Source: Amoebophrya sp. A120
Taxonomy: Eukaryota > Protista > Dinoflagellata
Direction: 5' to 3'
Assembly (NCBI GenBank): GCA_905178155.1
Contig: CAJINV010000005.1
Coordinates: 674,564 to 738,563 of the forward strand
DNA: 64,000 bases
Shown here: piece after piece, positions 12,645-26,427 of the stretch
How the letters are laid out: every line of letters starts with the position of its first letter
Numbering within the stretch: position 1 is the first letter of the stretch
Translations under genes and position numbers: made by a program
Notes under the pieces: generated by a model
The model's input: only the letters and a program-made list of their open reading frames with translations
Database searches by the model: none
Told to the model about the DNA's origin: nothing

Positions 12645-13190
12645 AGTCACAGGAGTCGTAGGAGTAGGTAAATACAAGCACAATCAAAACTAGTAGAAAT
12701 TTCAAACACAACTTTGTTTGGTGTGGTCCAGGACAAGAGCACAGAAAATTAGTATTTAGTAATCGAAACGTCACGATGATTTTAATAATGCGAAATCGAG
12801 CGCAATCAGACTTGCTCCCGAGCAGGAGTCTTTAGGATGGGGATTGACATGAATCACGAAGAACGGAGTTGACTCAACACCGATCAAGAAGTTTGGTACA
12901 CGAGGGAATTAAGTGAATAGGGCGGGGTAAGCAAGTCAGTTTTTAATTTCCTGGGTTGATTATTTTTGGTTGCTGTATGTTGTGTCACCAACAGCTTTCA
13001 CTGGTGTTGGTTGTACTAGGGTTGCAGCAAGAGTTCTACTTATTTGGACAATCTTACTCTCGCAACACTCATTTCATTCACTGCTCCGCTCGGTCTCCTT
13101 ATTTGATGCTTGTCACTGTCGCGAGAAATTCTCAAACCCGCTGTTCTAGACCGAAATGCGACTGCCGCGCAGAGGGCTGCTCCATCACAA

Positions 13191-15209
13191 CTACTTAATC
13201 AATTGATGTCTGAAAACCAACAGCAACACCAAAAACAAATGCATCACCGAGCAGGCGAACCATGTCAATGAACCTAGCATTTTTGAATTCCGTTTCGATT
13301 TTCTCGTTTTGATTTTGTAGCGTTGATGGCAAATCTTACAAGTGTAGAAGGTAGCTCCTTTTATTCCGGGACAATTTTGGCAGAGGTGACACAATGCACT
13401 TCTGCAGCGTTCAGAAGTGCTCACAAAGTTCTTTGTACATGCGCGTCGTCGATCTTCTGCTGATTTCTGCAGCGTACATTTTTAGTAACGACCATAGCAG
13501 CGGCACACGGCCGCGGCGTCTTGCACAGTGAAAATATCTACTTCTCAAGCACGGCGACGGGGACAATTCCTGGTCGTCGACTCGTCGTAATAAGATTAGC
13601 GTATTTACTCGAAACAGGTGTGAGATTTATTAGGCATTTTTTCATCCGCTGCAGCTCTCCGGGAGTGTGTGGTTGATGTCGTTTCATTCAGCGGAGCAGA
13701 GACAGGAGACTGTCGTCCTTCATTTGTTGCTCTGCGTCCCGGAGTTCTGCACCAGGCTGTTAGTTTATTTTGTAACAATCTAAAAACGTCGTGCACGACG
13801 ATAGTAAGTACTCAATACAAGCATCGCGAAGCAAGCACGAACACGACGATCAGAGGAAACAAAGCAAGTTTTTACATTGTTTTTGACGTAGCGGGTTCCT
13901 CGACCGGCTCGGGGTCGTCAAGATTTGGTAGGGGCGCAGGCACCCTTTGCGGGACCTGCAGCACGTCCTCGATACTTGGAAGGTCCTTCCCTTGCTCGCG
14001 CAGATCCTCCATCGTTATGGCCTTCTTGTTGGCCATCGGTCCCCCGCGCTTCACTGCCATGTGCTTCTCCGAAAAATATTTGTACCTGTAATTCGTATTC
14101 GATTCAAATAAATCGTGGATAGATAATTTCTAAAAATGTCGAAATGCATCTCCAAGCCCTTCTCATGCGAATCGCGGTTTAATCGCAACGCAAAGGCAAA
14201 CTACACAAAAAAAACCAAAAAACAGATACGCGTATGTCGGGGCGGTTCGGTTGCACTCGGCTCGTGCTTCCATGATTCGCTGCTCGATTGGCTTTCTCTT
14301 CGAGGATGAGGAGCTTTTCCCATCGTCTACCGGGAATTCGGCTGAGTTTGTAGAGCGGTTAAACTTTGCTTCAGCTTGTCATACTCGATTACATCTCACT
14401 TCTGGAATTCCAATTCCAAAACGCACGAACATGGTAAGTGTGCTGGGGAAGCTAAAGCTAGTACACCTATTTCGACTAACTTCTGTACATACCGTAATCA
14501 TTGAAGGATATTGATCTGTACGTTTGCTCGCCAGCTCCTCTTCGCTATAGATTTTTCGCACCTCGACGTAGGTCGGAAACTTTATTATCTCGAAGCCCTT
14601 CAGGACGCCAAAAGATTTTTTGTGGTCGCCAATCTCGATGCCTTTTCCTGTTGATTGACGATTGATTCTGAAAATTTGCAAAAAAAGAGTACACAACACA
14701 ACCACGTCGTGCTTTTGCTAAAAATTTCTCAAAATTTATCAAACAACACCAACAGCTCCTTTGCACTAAATGGGTTTACAAACGCCATCTGCGATGTACA
14801 TCTCTATGGTTTTGTCCTTCTTACTTGTCAAAAACATGCAACTTTGCGTGAAGGCTACAAAAGATTGGCGGTAAACATCCTCTTTTTTTGCTGAGCCGCG
14901 GCGACGTAACATGTACAAAAAACAAAAACAAAAAGTAAAATACTTGACTCCATGTATTTTTCTTCCCCGATGATTTTGTCACTGTAGATTTTTTCTTGCG
15001 ATACGCGATCCACATAGCTCGGAATACCGGGCAGGCCATATCGCCCGCCTTTTTCCGGAGCTGCTGGCGCTTTGTCGCCCATCTTTTGGAGAAGTTGTTG
15101 GGGCTTTCAACAAGGAGATCTTCACGTTGGAAGGTTCTTGACGTCCGAACTTCCAAGGATCAAGTTTTTTGGCCGCTGGTTCTCTTCGATTCACAGCTTC
15201 TGCGAGCAA
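13191..15209 (-). other. Fragmented hypothetical gene or decayed element
   Basis: Several short minus-strand ORFs with protein-like composition, ending in a Cys-rich peptide (CRSALCHLCQNC...CKIC); no coherent model could be built. Confidence 0.3.
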
Positions 15210-16202
15210 AAACAGCTGCAGTTGCTGAGATTTTGGAATGGGTAATGCTGGGAAAAAGTGGGTAGACAGGGAGCAGCTGTAGCATTAGCTAGGTGCAAGT
15301 TGAAGACATACACATACTTTAACGGAAGCTTTCATCTCGATTCCACGCTGTAATCAGACATGATGATGCTCTCTACTTCGTCCACCAACTCCGAGTTGCA
15401 ACTCGTAGAGAAGCCGAAAAAAGCGATATCAAGCACACCGACTTGGAGTGTGTATGTTGGTGTTGCTCTTGACTTCACAATCTATTCGATAGATTGCAAC
15501 TGGTGGCGATCGTTGTACATCACGAAGAAACGATCATGATTGCCAGCGCGCTCTGGCACCGATTCTTTGTTTCTGCGCTCTTGCTCACACCAGACCGATC
15601 TAGCTCATCTAGCAGCGAGCACACAAGACGACGAGAAGGCGAAGGACTCCTCCAATACTACTTGAACTTGCTCGCAATATTTGCTTTCATCTAGTTCTAG
15701 TCGAAAATCAAAAACGCTTTCGTCATCGAAAACGCGATGGCGTGCTTGTTCACCTGCGAGCACAGCACAGCACAGTGCAGAAGCTGTGTGATATTAATTT
15801 CCTCTTGTTACGATGCCTGCATGCGCGTGGAAGTTGCAGACTGTGTTGGACGTACATTCTTGAGAACTAGTACAGAAGAACCCAAATTTTCTCCGACCAG
15901 AGTACCAGGCCATGAAAATTCGAATTGAAATCGTGCAAGAAGGGTGTAGGAGAGAGGGTCGTCTATGATTCTTTTGTGGAAAGAACAAGTTTAGCAAAGT
16001 TAAGCCTTTTTCTTAAATGAATGTTGCCGAGAGAATGTTTACGATTCGCAACACAAGAACTCATGCATCAACTCGGAATACGCAGTAAAGACCACCACTG
16101 ATGTCAGTGGCACGGAAGGAGGATGCCCTTGCCGAATTACACGTATTTATACCAACTTCTACATCCCAATTAAAAACTTATAATTACGATGTACAACATG
16201 CA

Positions 16203-19200
16203 TCACTCTGTTTTCTCACGTGCAGATGATGCAATACCCGCAACAATGCCCCCGGATGAAATACTGTCCGCCAATCCTCTTCGCCAGTTGAAGTACCAGC
16301 GTTCCAGCATCCGCGAGATAAACATCCAGATTGTCGTGAACGCACACAAGCAGGCGAGCCACACGGCCGTCACCTTCAGCGTCGTCCATACCGGCCACGG
16401 GGCGACGGGGTTGGACATGAGAAAACCGAACTTGAGCCCCACCAGCAATTCGGTAAGCGCGGTTCCCAGCCCAAACCACGCGTAGGTCCCAAGGCGGCCC
16501 ACGGTTTCATCGATGGCGAAGAGGTAGACCTGATTGAGATTTCCGCTTTGAAATTGCGATTGAACAGTTCTGCCACTAAATAGGTAAAGCAAAACCGTTG
16601 ATCTTGAAGTTGTAAACCGGAAGACCATCATATAAATATCCTCTCGTCCCGTTAGTACCTGCCGACACGCGGGAAGGCAAAGCAGTGCCCAGAACAACAG
16701 TCGGTAAATGTTCAGCTTGTGCGGCGAGGGTATTTCGAAGATGTTTTTGAGAATGAAGGCGTTCAGCTCCACGATCTGGTTCACGAACACCATCAGGATG
16801 CAGACGACGTATCGCTTCCGTGTCTCCAGCGGTTTATTGCATGGAAAAATGCCCCCGCCCTCGAATCTGGGAGCATTTGTATTGCAAACCTTCCCCAATG
16901 AAACGTTCGCCCTCTTGCGCCTATCAGCATCACAGATGTCGAATCGTGAATAACAAAAATTTGTATTGCAAAAGATCTCAGCAAGAGCGGCGCTTCTCAT
17001 GCAAACAATGCGATATACGCCTCGCCTCTGCATCAGAGAGATTCATACTCCTTTCATGCATGACAAAGAGCTTTCATTGGAAAACTTCGCATCACAATTC
17101 TTGCAAATGTGGGGGTGGGGGCATTTTTCACTGTAGTACGGTTCCCATTGGATTTTCTCCAGCTCCCGCCCGTCCTTGGCGGAGAGCATCAGGTAGATTT
17201 TCCGCTTCTATCCTATGTAAAAACGTCCCCACCCCATAGTCAAGATGAGGAATCAGCTAGACAACTCCACGAGTTTTGGCTGTTTTGCATGACAAATTTG
17301 CACTCGTAGCGCAGTGCTGTTTGAGCTAGCTCAGCAGCATCACAGATCTACTCTATCACGCTGATTGGAGCATGACAAATTCCAAAACACGACTGGAAAC
17401 GCTTCTCATGGGGCTCCGCATGAAAAACATTTTCAGCATGCAGATTTGCATGACAACTCTGGGGTGGGGACGTTTTTAAACAGGATAGCTTCACCTTCGT
17501 CTTCAGTCGTTTACTAATCGCGCGAAGCTGGCTCTTCGTGCGGCTGGCGCGCGAAGCTTGGATTGGCTTAATATTGGGAGTTGCAATATTCATCGCCGCG
17601 GAAGATGAGGAGGAACTTGATTTGTGCTCTTGCGCCTGCGAAATGTTCATGTTCATCCCGGGGTTGTTTTCATCTTCCGTCCCTGTTCCAATTCTCGGCG
17701 GCGGTGTTGACGACGATCCTGCCAATTGTGGTGGTTTTATCGTCACTGCACGAGGAGGACGACCCTCTTCTTGTTCAACCACTTCGGCAGTTTTGCTTTT
17801 GGTCTGCCCCGAGACTACATTGTTCTCACTCCTGCTTCCTTTGTCTATCGCTTCGAGCACGAACTCGTCGTCTTGCTCGCTGCTGGCGTGGTCGCTGTGC
17901 CACTCGTAGTGCGGGACCTCGAGCCAGCGGCAGAGTTCGATGCCGAACCAAATTCCCAAGCCGTTGCAGATGAGCACGTCGGCCACCCAGCTGTCCCACC
18001 AGCACTCGGAAAAGTTCGGCAGAATGTAGGCAAAGAACAGCTCCGTGATCTCCCAAAAGACACTCATGATCCAGCACAAGGTGTAGTTTCGCACCATGAG
18101 ACCCTTGGCCGCCCACCCGAGAAAGTGGCACGTGACGAACACCTGGTTTGTGTAGTTCTTCAAGTATAATTTTCTGCCAGTATCCTTCATTTTGCACCAC
18201 GACCGATGTTGACCACCAGCTCAACTACTTGAGCAAACAAAATCTCATTTTCACTAGTACTTCTAGCAAGAGTAAAAAACAATTTGATACGTCAAACTTC
18301 GATTGCATGTTTTCCCAAGACAGCGTGCAATCGCTCGCGTACTCTGGGGAGTCCAGGAAGCTGACGGTTACCCAGGGGAGCGGGTGCGGATTCCACCTTT
18401 CCGGTGTCAGCTCGTCTGGGTAGAGCCACGCTAGAGCGGCCCGGACCTGGTCGTACTCGGCGCAGAGAATGAACATCAGAGTCACCCAATAGATCAAGGT
18501 CAATCCCAACACCAATCTCCACACAAGCGGGTGTGGCCGCTCGAAGGGCCCATCCGGGAAGGACACCGCGGCCACGGTGAGGATCAGCACCGAGGACGCG
18601 AGCCAGCCCTTCCAGAGCAACTTTGCGGGGTTGCCGACGGTAAGGGGCGAAGAAGGGTCGCGGGGGACTTGATTTGCGGAAATTGGCGGCGAAAGGCGGC
18701 GCTCTGTAGTTGTATCCGGTGTCGCGGAGTCCTCTCCGCCTGCACTTGCCGCTTCATCATGACGCTGCCAAGGCCAAAGGATCATGCTAGGAGCTGTTGC
18801 TTCTTCTACGTCCCTCTTTTTCTTTGATGTGTCGACCCGATCTTCACCGCAAACCGTGTTGACAAACTCCGTTTTCATACCGGTTTCGGCGAAGTACTTC
18901 GAAGGATCGTCGCCTCCTTCGGCTGCTGGTACACCGGTCCGCGCGCTGCGTTCAAGATCTGTCATTCTCCCACCCTTCTCTACTGTCTCCCTGTACTCCT
19001 CCACCTCGCTCCAGCAGGCGAAAATGAACAGCACCGTCAACAGGCAGCACAGCATATGCATTGCAAAAGCATCGCACTAGTATAAATTGCATCACAAATT
19101 TTGGCAAGAGGGAAAGTGGAATTTGTATTGCTGTTTTCCCTTAGGAAAAACATCTGTCATGCACATTTGCTATTAGTACGAGTACGATACTTTTGCACAG

Positions 19201-19579
19201 GATACAGTACCGACACCGACCGCGGGCGGGAGAAAACCCGAAAATTCTCGACCTCGTGCTCCCACCTGCGCCAGGTCGTCTTTTCCACCCAGAGCCGCTG
19301 TTTTCGCGGCAGCGGGCTGCTCGCGGCCAAGAAGCGGCTCCTGCTCGAGGAGGAGCCTTCTTCCCCAGAGGCAAGCGCCTGCTCCTCGTCGCGGTCGCTG
19401 TCGGTCGTCATGCCGCTGGCAGCTGCTCCAGCTCCTCCAGAAGACCCCTGCATCGAAAACGGGCTGCCCCCGGCCTGCGCCGCGTCGGAAAGCTTCTGGG
19501 TTGTACTGCTAGTCCGGGTAATCTGGGGCGTGCCGTTCTTGTTTCCGTTCTTGTGCAAAATTGGCGAGCGCTTGAACAT
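16203..19579 (-). CDS. Phosphatidylserine synthase, base-exchange (PTDSS1/2) type
   Basis: FPDGPFERPHPLVWR, HFLGW, LPNFSECWWD, DVLICNGLG and ELNAFILK motifs; three TIR elements and two GT-AG introns. Confidence 0.92.
16835..17138. mobile_element. Family-C-related TIR introner (304 bp), DR CGGTT
   Basis: TIR core GAAAAATGCCCCCRCCC; removal gives IQWEP|LETRKRY. Confidence 0.9.
17209..17487. mobile_element. Family-C TIR introner (279 bp), DR GCTTC
   Basis: Removal gives KTKVK|RKIYL, in frame with the next exon. Confidence 0.92.
19055..19204. mobile_element. Family-B TIR introner (150 bp), DR CAGCA/CAGTA
   Basis: Removal gives RPRSVSVL|CCLLTVLF. Confidence 0.9.
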
Positions 19580-20564
19580 AATAGTGGATAAGGTGGAGTG
19601 TAGATGTAAGGAAAGCGAAAAGTTCGGTTTCAAAAATTGCAAGGAATGGCAGCGTGCACGGGTAAACTATCTTCAAAAAAAAACCATATTCATACGGAAC
19701 TTTGCGATTGAAAAGCGACACTTTGTCCTCAGGACCGTATCGCAACGTATAAAAAATAGTTGAGCGCACTCTTCATCTTGCGAACCCGAGGCGAAGCTGC
19801 AGAAAGACAAGCGGAAAGGTGTCTCGATCTTCTATGATGTGTACCCGGGTTCTGCTGCGGAAAGTAAGTACTTGCTAAGCGAAAAAAAGCATAAAAGTAA
19901 AAAATCATGTTTTCTATGCCGTGCCATGAAGCACCCAGTCAAGTTCTTCTTGCTTTATTCTGGCACCGACCATCTCTCGACATCGCAGCCATAAAATCAT
20001 CACGAACATCAATCGCTTTCAAGTTACGTTTCTATTTGTGTTTCCGTGGATTCTGCCGTCCTACAAGTAGAAGTACTTTTCGAAGCTTTATTTTCACGAG
20101 GCGCTGCACCTGCACTGCCGCTGTACGGTCGGTTCATGGTTTCGAAGATTATTTGATGGCATTTGTTTATCTGTTTCGTTTCTCGTTTGGAGTTGTGGCA
20201 AACTTACGTTTCGTGGAAAAAGGTGGCATTCTGGTCAGGGCTGAAAACTATTTTTTTTCCGTTCGTGTCGCGGTGTTGATGTGCTGCAGTGCTGGGGCAG
20301 AGGCAAGGGATTGCGACTCCGTCTTGGTGTTGTTCTTCTTGTATTCACAGTACGATATTAACCATCTTGTAACTAAGCGTCGTAAGCGTATAATGTACAA
20401 ACGAGCAAAATTCTGCGGCTCAGTTTCATTTCAACATTATCTATCTTCATCATTATGTACTACTTGTTCTCGTGGAGCGCATGCTTCCTTATCCTTATCC
20501 CACCTCCTACGGTTTGTCGATAATTATCTAGTAACCTAAAACACCACGACGTCACAGCTTCCAC

Positions 20565-23500
20565 TTATCTTGGCACGGGGCAAAACGAGCTCTGCACGGG
20601 TCCCTGGAAGGCGTTGGCGCCGGCCGTTGGGTCTGGGGGCGCGGGCGGCGGCGCCTCGGCGTTAGTTGAGGTAACGATGATCTCGGCTAAGCGCTTGAGC
20701 TCCACCTCGGTATCGGACTCCAACTCGCGGCGGTCGATGACTTCAAAAGGAATCATTTCGTCGTCGCTCGGGACGTAGGCGTCTACGCCGTCGATGTTGA
20801 GCTGTGGCATGGGTTTTGATGAAGTCTAAGTCTATGTAAGTACTTATGCACCATGTCATGTTGATGATGCTGATCCGAAGAAGAGGATCTTCGTGAGCCT
20901 AGTACATACGGGTGGTCCTCTGGATGTGATCTCTAAACACGACTCCGATTCCCAGCAGAAGTGCGCTAACCAGAAAACCCACAGTTCCCTATTAAGTAGT
21001 ACCGTATCTGGCGGTGCCACGACTGTCATCTGCGACGAGGAAACTTTCCGCGGTGGGGGCAAGGAGGGCTCCGAGGCTTTCTTGGAAAGCTGCTCGTCGG
21101 AGTTGTGTTTGTTCTCCGTGGCGGACGCGCAGCTTCCAACCTCCTCGCGGATCGGCGGCGGCCGGTCGATGCTCCGCTTTTTCCGTTGCCTAGTCAGGGG
21201 AAGACTGGTGCCCGGGGGTGCCTGTTCGGGCGAGGTGTAGCGTCGGATGCTGCAGTTGCTCACTCGGAGCCCCGTGGTCAAGTTGGTACCACCTTTTCGT
21301 TTAACAGGTATACGGTGTAGTTTGTCATTGTCTTCCATTCTGGAGACCATGAGATCAACACCATAACACGACCAAAAACAAAAACTGTATACAATTTAGA
21401 ATTGCATCAAAAGCAAAACCAAGTGAAGTGAAGTGAAAAGTAGCACGATCTAACATCAATATATCTACTACGAGTACCAGGCTTAATATTCCCCTGCTGC
21501 AGATTCGTTCTCGTCGACGACGATGCAGTGGTCGGCGAGATGTGCCGATGATTCACCTTTGCCTTGACCGTCGCTTTCGCATTCGCACCAAACCCGGTCG
21601 TCGCTCCACCCCTACTCGTCCCGCCGCCCAGCTTTGGTAACGATGATTGCGGCGCGGGCGCAAAGATGTTGGTGATCGTGCGGGATTGGTTTTGGTACAG
21701 AGCCGGCTGGTGCACGTATGCCGCGTGCGGGCCCGGACTGGTCCGGCTCGCCTGCGTGTGGTTGCTGGAATTCGACAGGTAGCGAGGGCGGGGACCACCT
21801 GAGAGCGTGCTGGTGGACCCCATAGTACCCGCGTTGGTCGTGGACGCAGTTGTCGAACTGGAAGAGCCACCCCCTGCGACGGTGGAATTGTAGCTACTGG
21901 TGCTGTGTTGGTTCCCCGGTCCGAGCAGGCTGAATTGATGCGCTGTGTTCGCTCTCGTGTGTCCCCGTGACCCGGTTCCCGTGCCGCCTCCGCTGCCCGC
22001 TTGGTGCGCACCGGCCGATGTTCCACCTCCGCCAAGCATGACCGATTTCTCCGAGCTGACGCGCTGCATTCCCTGCTCCACCACGGAACGCTTTTGATGG
22101 GTCATAGTTCCTGTGTTTCCCCCCCGCCGCTGCAGCCGAGAGTCCGGGGAGACGTGCGCGTACAAACGACTGCGATCTGGGGAACGGTAGGTTGTCGTTG
22201 TGTGCTGCGACGCCCCGTGCGGTTGCGTGGTATGATTTTGCAGCGGCCGCGACGGGCTGATGCGTTTCGGCGCGGGCTTGCTGGCGTGCGGCTTCAGCGT
22301 AGAGCCGAAAGCGTGGGTTGTAGAAGCGCCGCTGAGCGGACGGCTGGACAGGTTAACCACGGGACCGCTGGATGTGTTGCAGCTGGTGTTATGTTATACT
22401 GGATTTCGATTTTTCCTTTACATGCTATGTTCTTCATCCACTTTTGACATCTACTAACGTCGCATGTTTATTGCGTTTCATATTTTTTGACTTTCTCTGA
22501 AGAAAGAAGAGAAATAAGGGCAGGTCCAAGCACAACACAAATCCCGCTTTCAATACGTTGTACCTGCCCGTCGCCGTGCCGAATCCCGACGGCTGCCAGC
22601 GATTCGCCACCGACGGTGGCAGTAGTGTGCTTGGCTGCCGTATCAAGTGCAAAAGAGTCTGGGTCTGGAAGATTGCAACTTGTCATGCTGTTTTTGGACT
22701 CTAAAAAAATTTGTATTGCACGACCAGCAAATGGGGTCCAGTTTGTGCTACGCGGACAAGGGATTTCTCATGCGGAAGGCGCATCAGGAAGCCCTCTAAA
22801 AGTCTGTGATGCTTCGTCATGCATTGCAGCCATCATGGGTCATGGGAAATATGCATGACAAATCTCGCAATCTTCCAGACCCAGACACTTTTGCATTTGA
22901 TATGCCGGCTCGTCTCGACCCTGCTCCGCTTCACCGAGGACCAGTACAGCTGGCGACACATATGAAAGCCTCAGGTTGGAAATCCTCAAAGTGAAAATAA
23001 TTTGTAATGCAAAAAAACGACGCCAGTTCGAGCACCATTTATAGTCGGCGCATGACAAATTTCCCGGGCACTCAAAGCGTGTTTGTCATGCTAGTTAGGC
23101 AAAGGGGTGCCCTTGTCCCATGCTAATCAGCAGGCCAATTCTGAACCCGTAGAAGCACAGTAGTCGGCCTCCATTGCGTTCTCTGCAATACAGTCTTTTT
23201 GGTGTCGCATTTCATGCATCACAAATTATTTCCACTTTGAGGATTTCCATTCTGAGGGTGTCATAACAGGCCGCGTCCGCGTGCTGCGGCGGCGGGGACA
23301 GGCTCGAGCTCGCGCCGTAGTCGCCGTCCAAGGGACTAGCGGAGGAGAAGGTAGTCGTCGACCCGGGGATTTTATCAACCGCAAAAATGTCTGGGTCTGG
23401 AAACTTGTGATGCAAGAAAGGGAATAGTGAACTCACTATAATGCGCTGCCAAGCATGACAAGTTTTTTCCATGGTTCTGAGTTGCGTACTCCGCATGAGA

Positions 23501-26427
23501 AACTGCGTTTTTGCATGACAGGGAGGCGGAGCTCTTCGCGGCCATGCAACACAGAGTTCAGAGTCATGCCAGACAAGCATGACAAATCTCGCAATCTCCC
23601 AGACCCAGACATTTTTGCATTTGATAGATTTGCGTGCTGCAGGTCGACCCCGTGGGTGTCTTTGACAGTTGCTGCTTGCTGCCACTTATCAAATGTAAAA
23701 ATGTCTGGGTCTGGAAGAATGCATGTTTGTCATGCTTGTCTGGCATGACTCTTAGATCTGTCATGCACGTTATCCAAGAGCTCCATTTTTCTGCGATGCA
23801 GGAACGCAGTTTGTCATGCAGAATAGGCAACACCTAGAAGCTCAGAAAATTGTCATGCTGAGCCAGCATTTGTGGCCTTATCATGAGACGCCACCCAGCA
23901 TCACAAGTTTCCAGACCCAGACATTTTTACATTTGATACCACTGCCGTGCAGCGTGTTCGGCGTGTTGAATATGTGATATTTGTTACTGGACGTGGCGTT
24001 ATTGACGTTATCCACCGACTCGAGCACCATAGACAAGGAGGCCGGCCGCTGTAGATTATTCGCCCCGCTATTCGAGGACGATAAGTCAGTGCTCGTCGTG
24101 GTTGCGCTCGTTGCAGCTCCTGCTGTATTTATTTTCCCATTGCTAGAAGTGCCCCCACCGCTCGCTGCCGCCGCACTCATGGGGCGCAGCAGCTTGTTGG
24201 CCTGTAGCAATGTGGTCTGATGTCCAGGTCCACCGCCTCCGCCGGGAAAATTCGTTGAAGCTGCATAGGAACTTGTCGTGGGACTGTGGGGCACCACGTT
24301 TTGGTACCGGTTAGGCGAGGTGCTGCCACGAAAAGTAGACATCGGAAAGCCATTCGTGCCCGTCGATGAAGAGGAATTAGAACTCATGCCCTGCTGGTGT
24401 TGACTGATGGTACCACCGTAATTCTGATTGGCATTCGGATTCATCCCTCCTCCATGTCCACCTCCCTGAATGCAGCTGACACTCCGCTTGTGAAAAGAGC
24501 CCATGCTGATCTTCGATGAGCTCGAACTGGAACTGCCCGCTCCGGTATTGTGCGCCGCCAGCGGACTGCGACAATTGTTCAATGCAGTAGAAGTCGTAGT
24601 GGTACTGCTACTAGTACCTCCTCCAACTTGGTCCTTGGATGCAGACGAAACCTGCAAAAGTCCCTGCTGGTGTTCCTGCTGCTGTACGACCTTTTGCGAG
24701 TTCGAAATCGATATCGCGGTGCTGTGAAGTAGATCCGCGTCAATTCCAGAAGAGCCACTACTTCTACCCCCGCCCATCTCCACCGATATCCTGCCCACGC
24801 TGCACACTGTCTGCCGGTTCACAACTACGCTCGGCGACGTTGTTGCGTCATCTGCTTCCTCGGGAATTGTCGGGACGGACGGCTGTCTCTGGACGACGGG
24901 ATGTACTAGCTGCTGCGAAGAAGTAGAAACAAGTTGTTGGGAGTTAGAAGTGGAACACAGGCGGTCGTTGTTGAAGCAGTTGTTGTCCTTTTGATGTTCC
25001 TGCTTGATGGAGGTTCTGGTGATGTCAATCGCCGATTGCATCAGCTCGTCGTCCCGTTCCCGCAAAGCCGCGATGTCTTCTTCGTGCTCCTTCAAAATCG
25101 CGGACAGGCTCTCGCTGTCATCTGCGATGAATTCACGATCGTCATCATCCGCAACCGCGAATTTGTTTTTAATACACTTCACTTCACTAACTTAATTTCC
25201 CCTTTTCTGGTGTTCGAACGTAGTAGAATTGAACACGTCAGTCGGATGTTGACTCACTGCGTTATACATCATGTGTGGTACCTTTCTCAAAGTGCATGGC
25301 CCCGAACGCCTGCAGCCATTTCTGCAAATTTTCCACCAAACTCGCCGGTCCGGAGCCAAGTTTGTTGCGCAGCGCCGTCTTGTCCCGCTCCAGCAAATCC
25401 GCCATCAGAAACAGCGCCCCAGGCGTTAACGCGTGCTCGTAGGCGGCTGCCTGTTGCCCCTCGTCGTCAATGTCGGTGGCGGTCTATCAAATGTAAAAAT
25501 GTCTGGGTGTGGAAGAATGGAAGGCTTGTCATGCTTGTCTGGCATGACCCATGATGGTTGTAATGCATGATCCAGCATCACAGATTTTTGGAAAGCTTCC
25601 TGATGCCATGTCCGCATGGCAAATGCCCTCCTCGCGTAGCACAAATCGGCTCCTCTTGCTGGTCATGCAATACAGATTTTTTTAGAGTCCAAAGTTAGCA
25701 TCACAAGTTCCAACTTTCCAGACCCAGACATTTTTACATTTGATACGGTCGGGTCCTCGACGATTCGCTTCATTTTGGCGAGAAGCAGGTGCGGATCCCG
25801 GAAAAGGCGGCGGATGATGCCCACCCACTCGTCCTGGGGCAATTGGCTGGTGTTGACCTTGCATGGCGAAGAATAAGAATAAATATAAATGCGATCATTA
25901 TTTTATGGGTCGAATAAATACGGAGTCGCAACGGCATCTTAAACTTTTACTAAACATGTTGCAGTTCTTGGGCCACGGCCAAGAAGTAACTAACGTAGAA
26001 AAACAAGTACCTTCTTCTTCAAAAAAAGCCCCGCGAAGGACTCAATCAATTTTCCCGCCGCGCCGCAGTGCGGCGGTTGCTCCAGGTTCATCCGCAGACT
26101 GACCCAGGTGTGGCTGGACGCCCGTTTACATTGTGCGAGCGCGGAGGAGACCTGCAGTTGCAGGGCCTTCCTCTGCTGCATGCGGTATTTGAGGCGGTAC
26201 GCTTCGGAGGATATCCGCTCAATCTCCTCCTTGATTTCCTTTCTCGCGAGCTCCACCCGCCGGAGCTCCCGGGTATCGAGCACGTTTGGGGGGTGGGACT
26301 GGGAGGAGGAAGTTGTATTACTTCTGGAGGTTTGAAGATGTTGCGTCGCTGTTCCAGTCGCGGACGACGAGGAAGGTCCCATCATCACCGCCGATGATGA
26401 GGATGAAGTGATCGAGCTGCGAAACAT
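20565..26427 (-). CDS. Large low-complexity (S/T/G/Q-rich) multi-exon hypothetical protein with N-terminal coiled coil
   Basis: Chain of minus-strand ORFs joined across five TIR elements and probable GT-AG introns; could be more than one gene. Confidence 0.55.
22641..22902. mobile_element. Family-A TIR introner (262 bp), DR TGCCG
   Basis: Family-A TIRs, perfect 5-bp DR, frame restored. Confidence 0.92.
22961..23265. mobile_element. Family-E TIR introner (305 bp), DR ACACA/ACAGG
   Basis: TIR of about 50 bp, TATGA..CCTCAG..TGGAAATCCTCAAAGTGRAAATAATTTGTRATGC; removal gives DAAC|RQLYW. Confidence 0.85.
23373..23626. mobile_element. Family-A TIR introner (254 bp), DR GATTT
   Basis: Family-A TIRs and perfect DR. 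Confidence 0.92.
23687..23938. mobile_element. Family-A TIR introner (252 bp), DR CCACT
   Basis: Family-A TIRs and perfect DR; interior very similar to the copy at 48595. Confidence 0.92.
25485..25745. mobile_element. Family-A TIR introner (261 bp), DR CGGTC
   Basis: Family-A TIRs and perfect DR. Confidence 0.92.

Noticed and set aside
11827-12671. Long plus-strand ORFs here and elsewhere (e.g. 24934-25554, 46752-47474, 56017-56619)
   Set aside because: They are antisense shadows of GC-rich minus-strand exons or element read-through, with no recognisable motifs.
22641-23938. CRISPR array suggested by clustered 30-bp repeats
   Set aside because: The repeats are inverted pairs with homologous interiors of about 200 bp, the context is eukaryotic and there are no cas genes.
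23939-25182. S/T/G/Q-rich runs as tandem-repeat loci
   Set aside because: They are ordinary low-complexity coding sequence without a regular nucleotide repeat unit.
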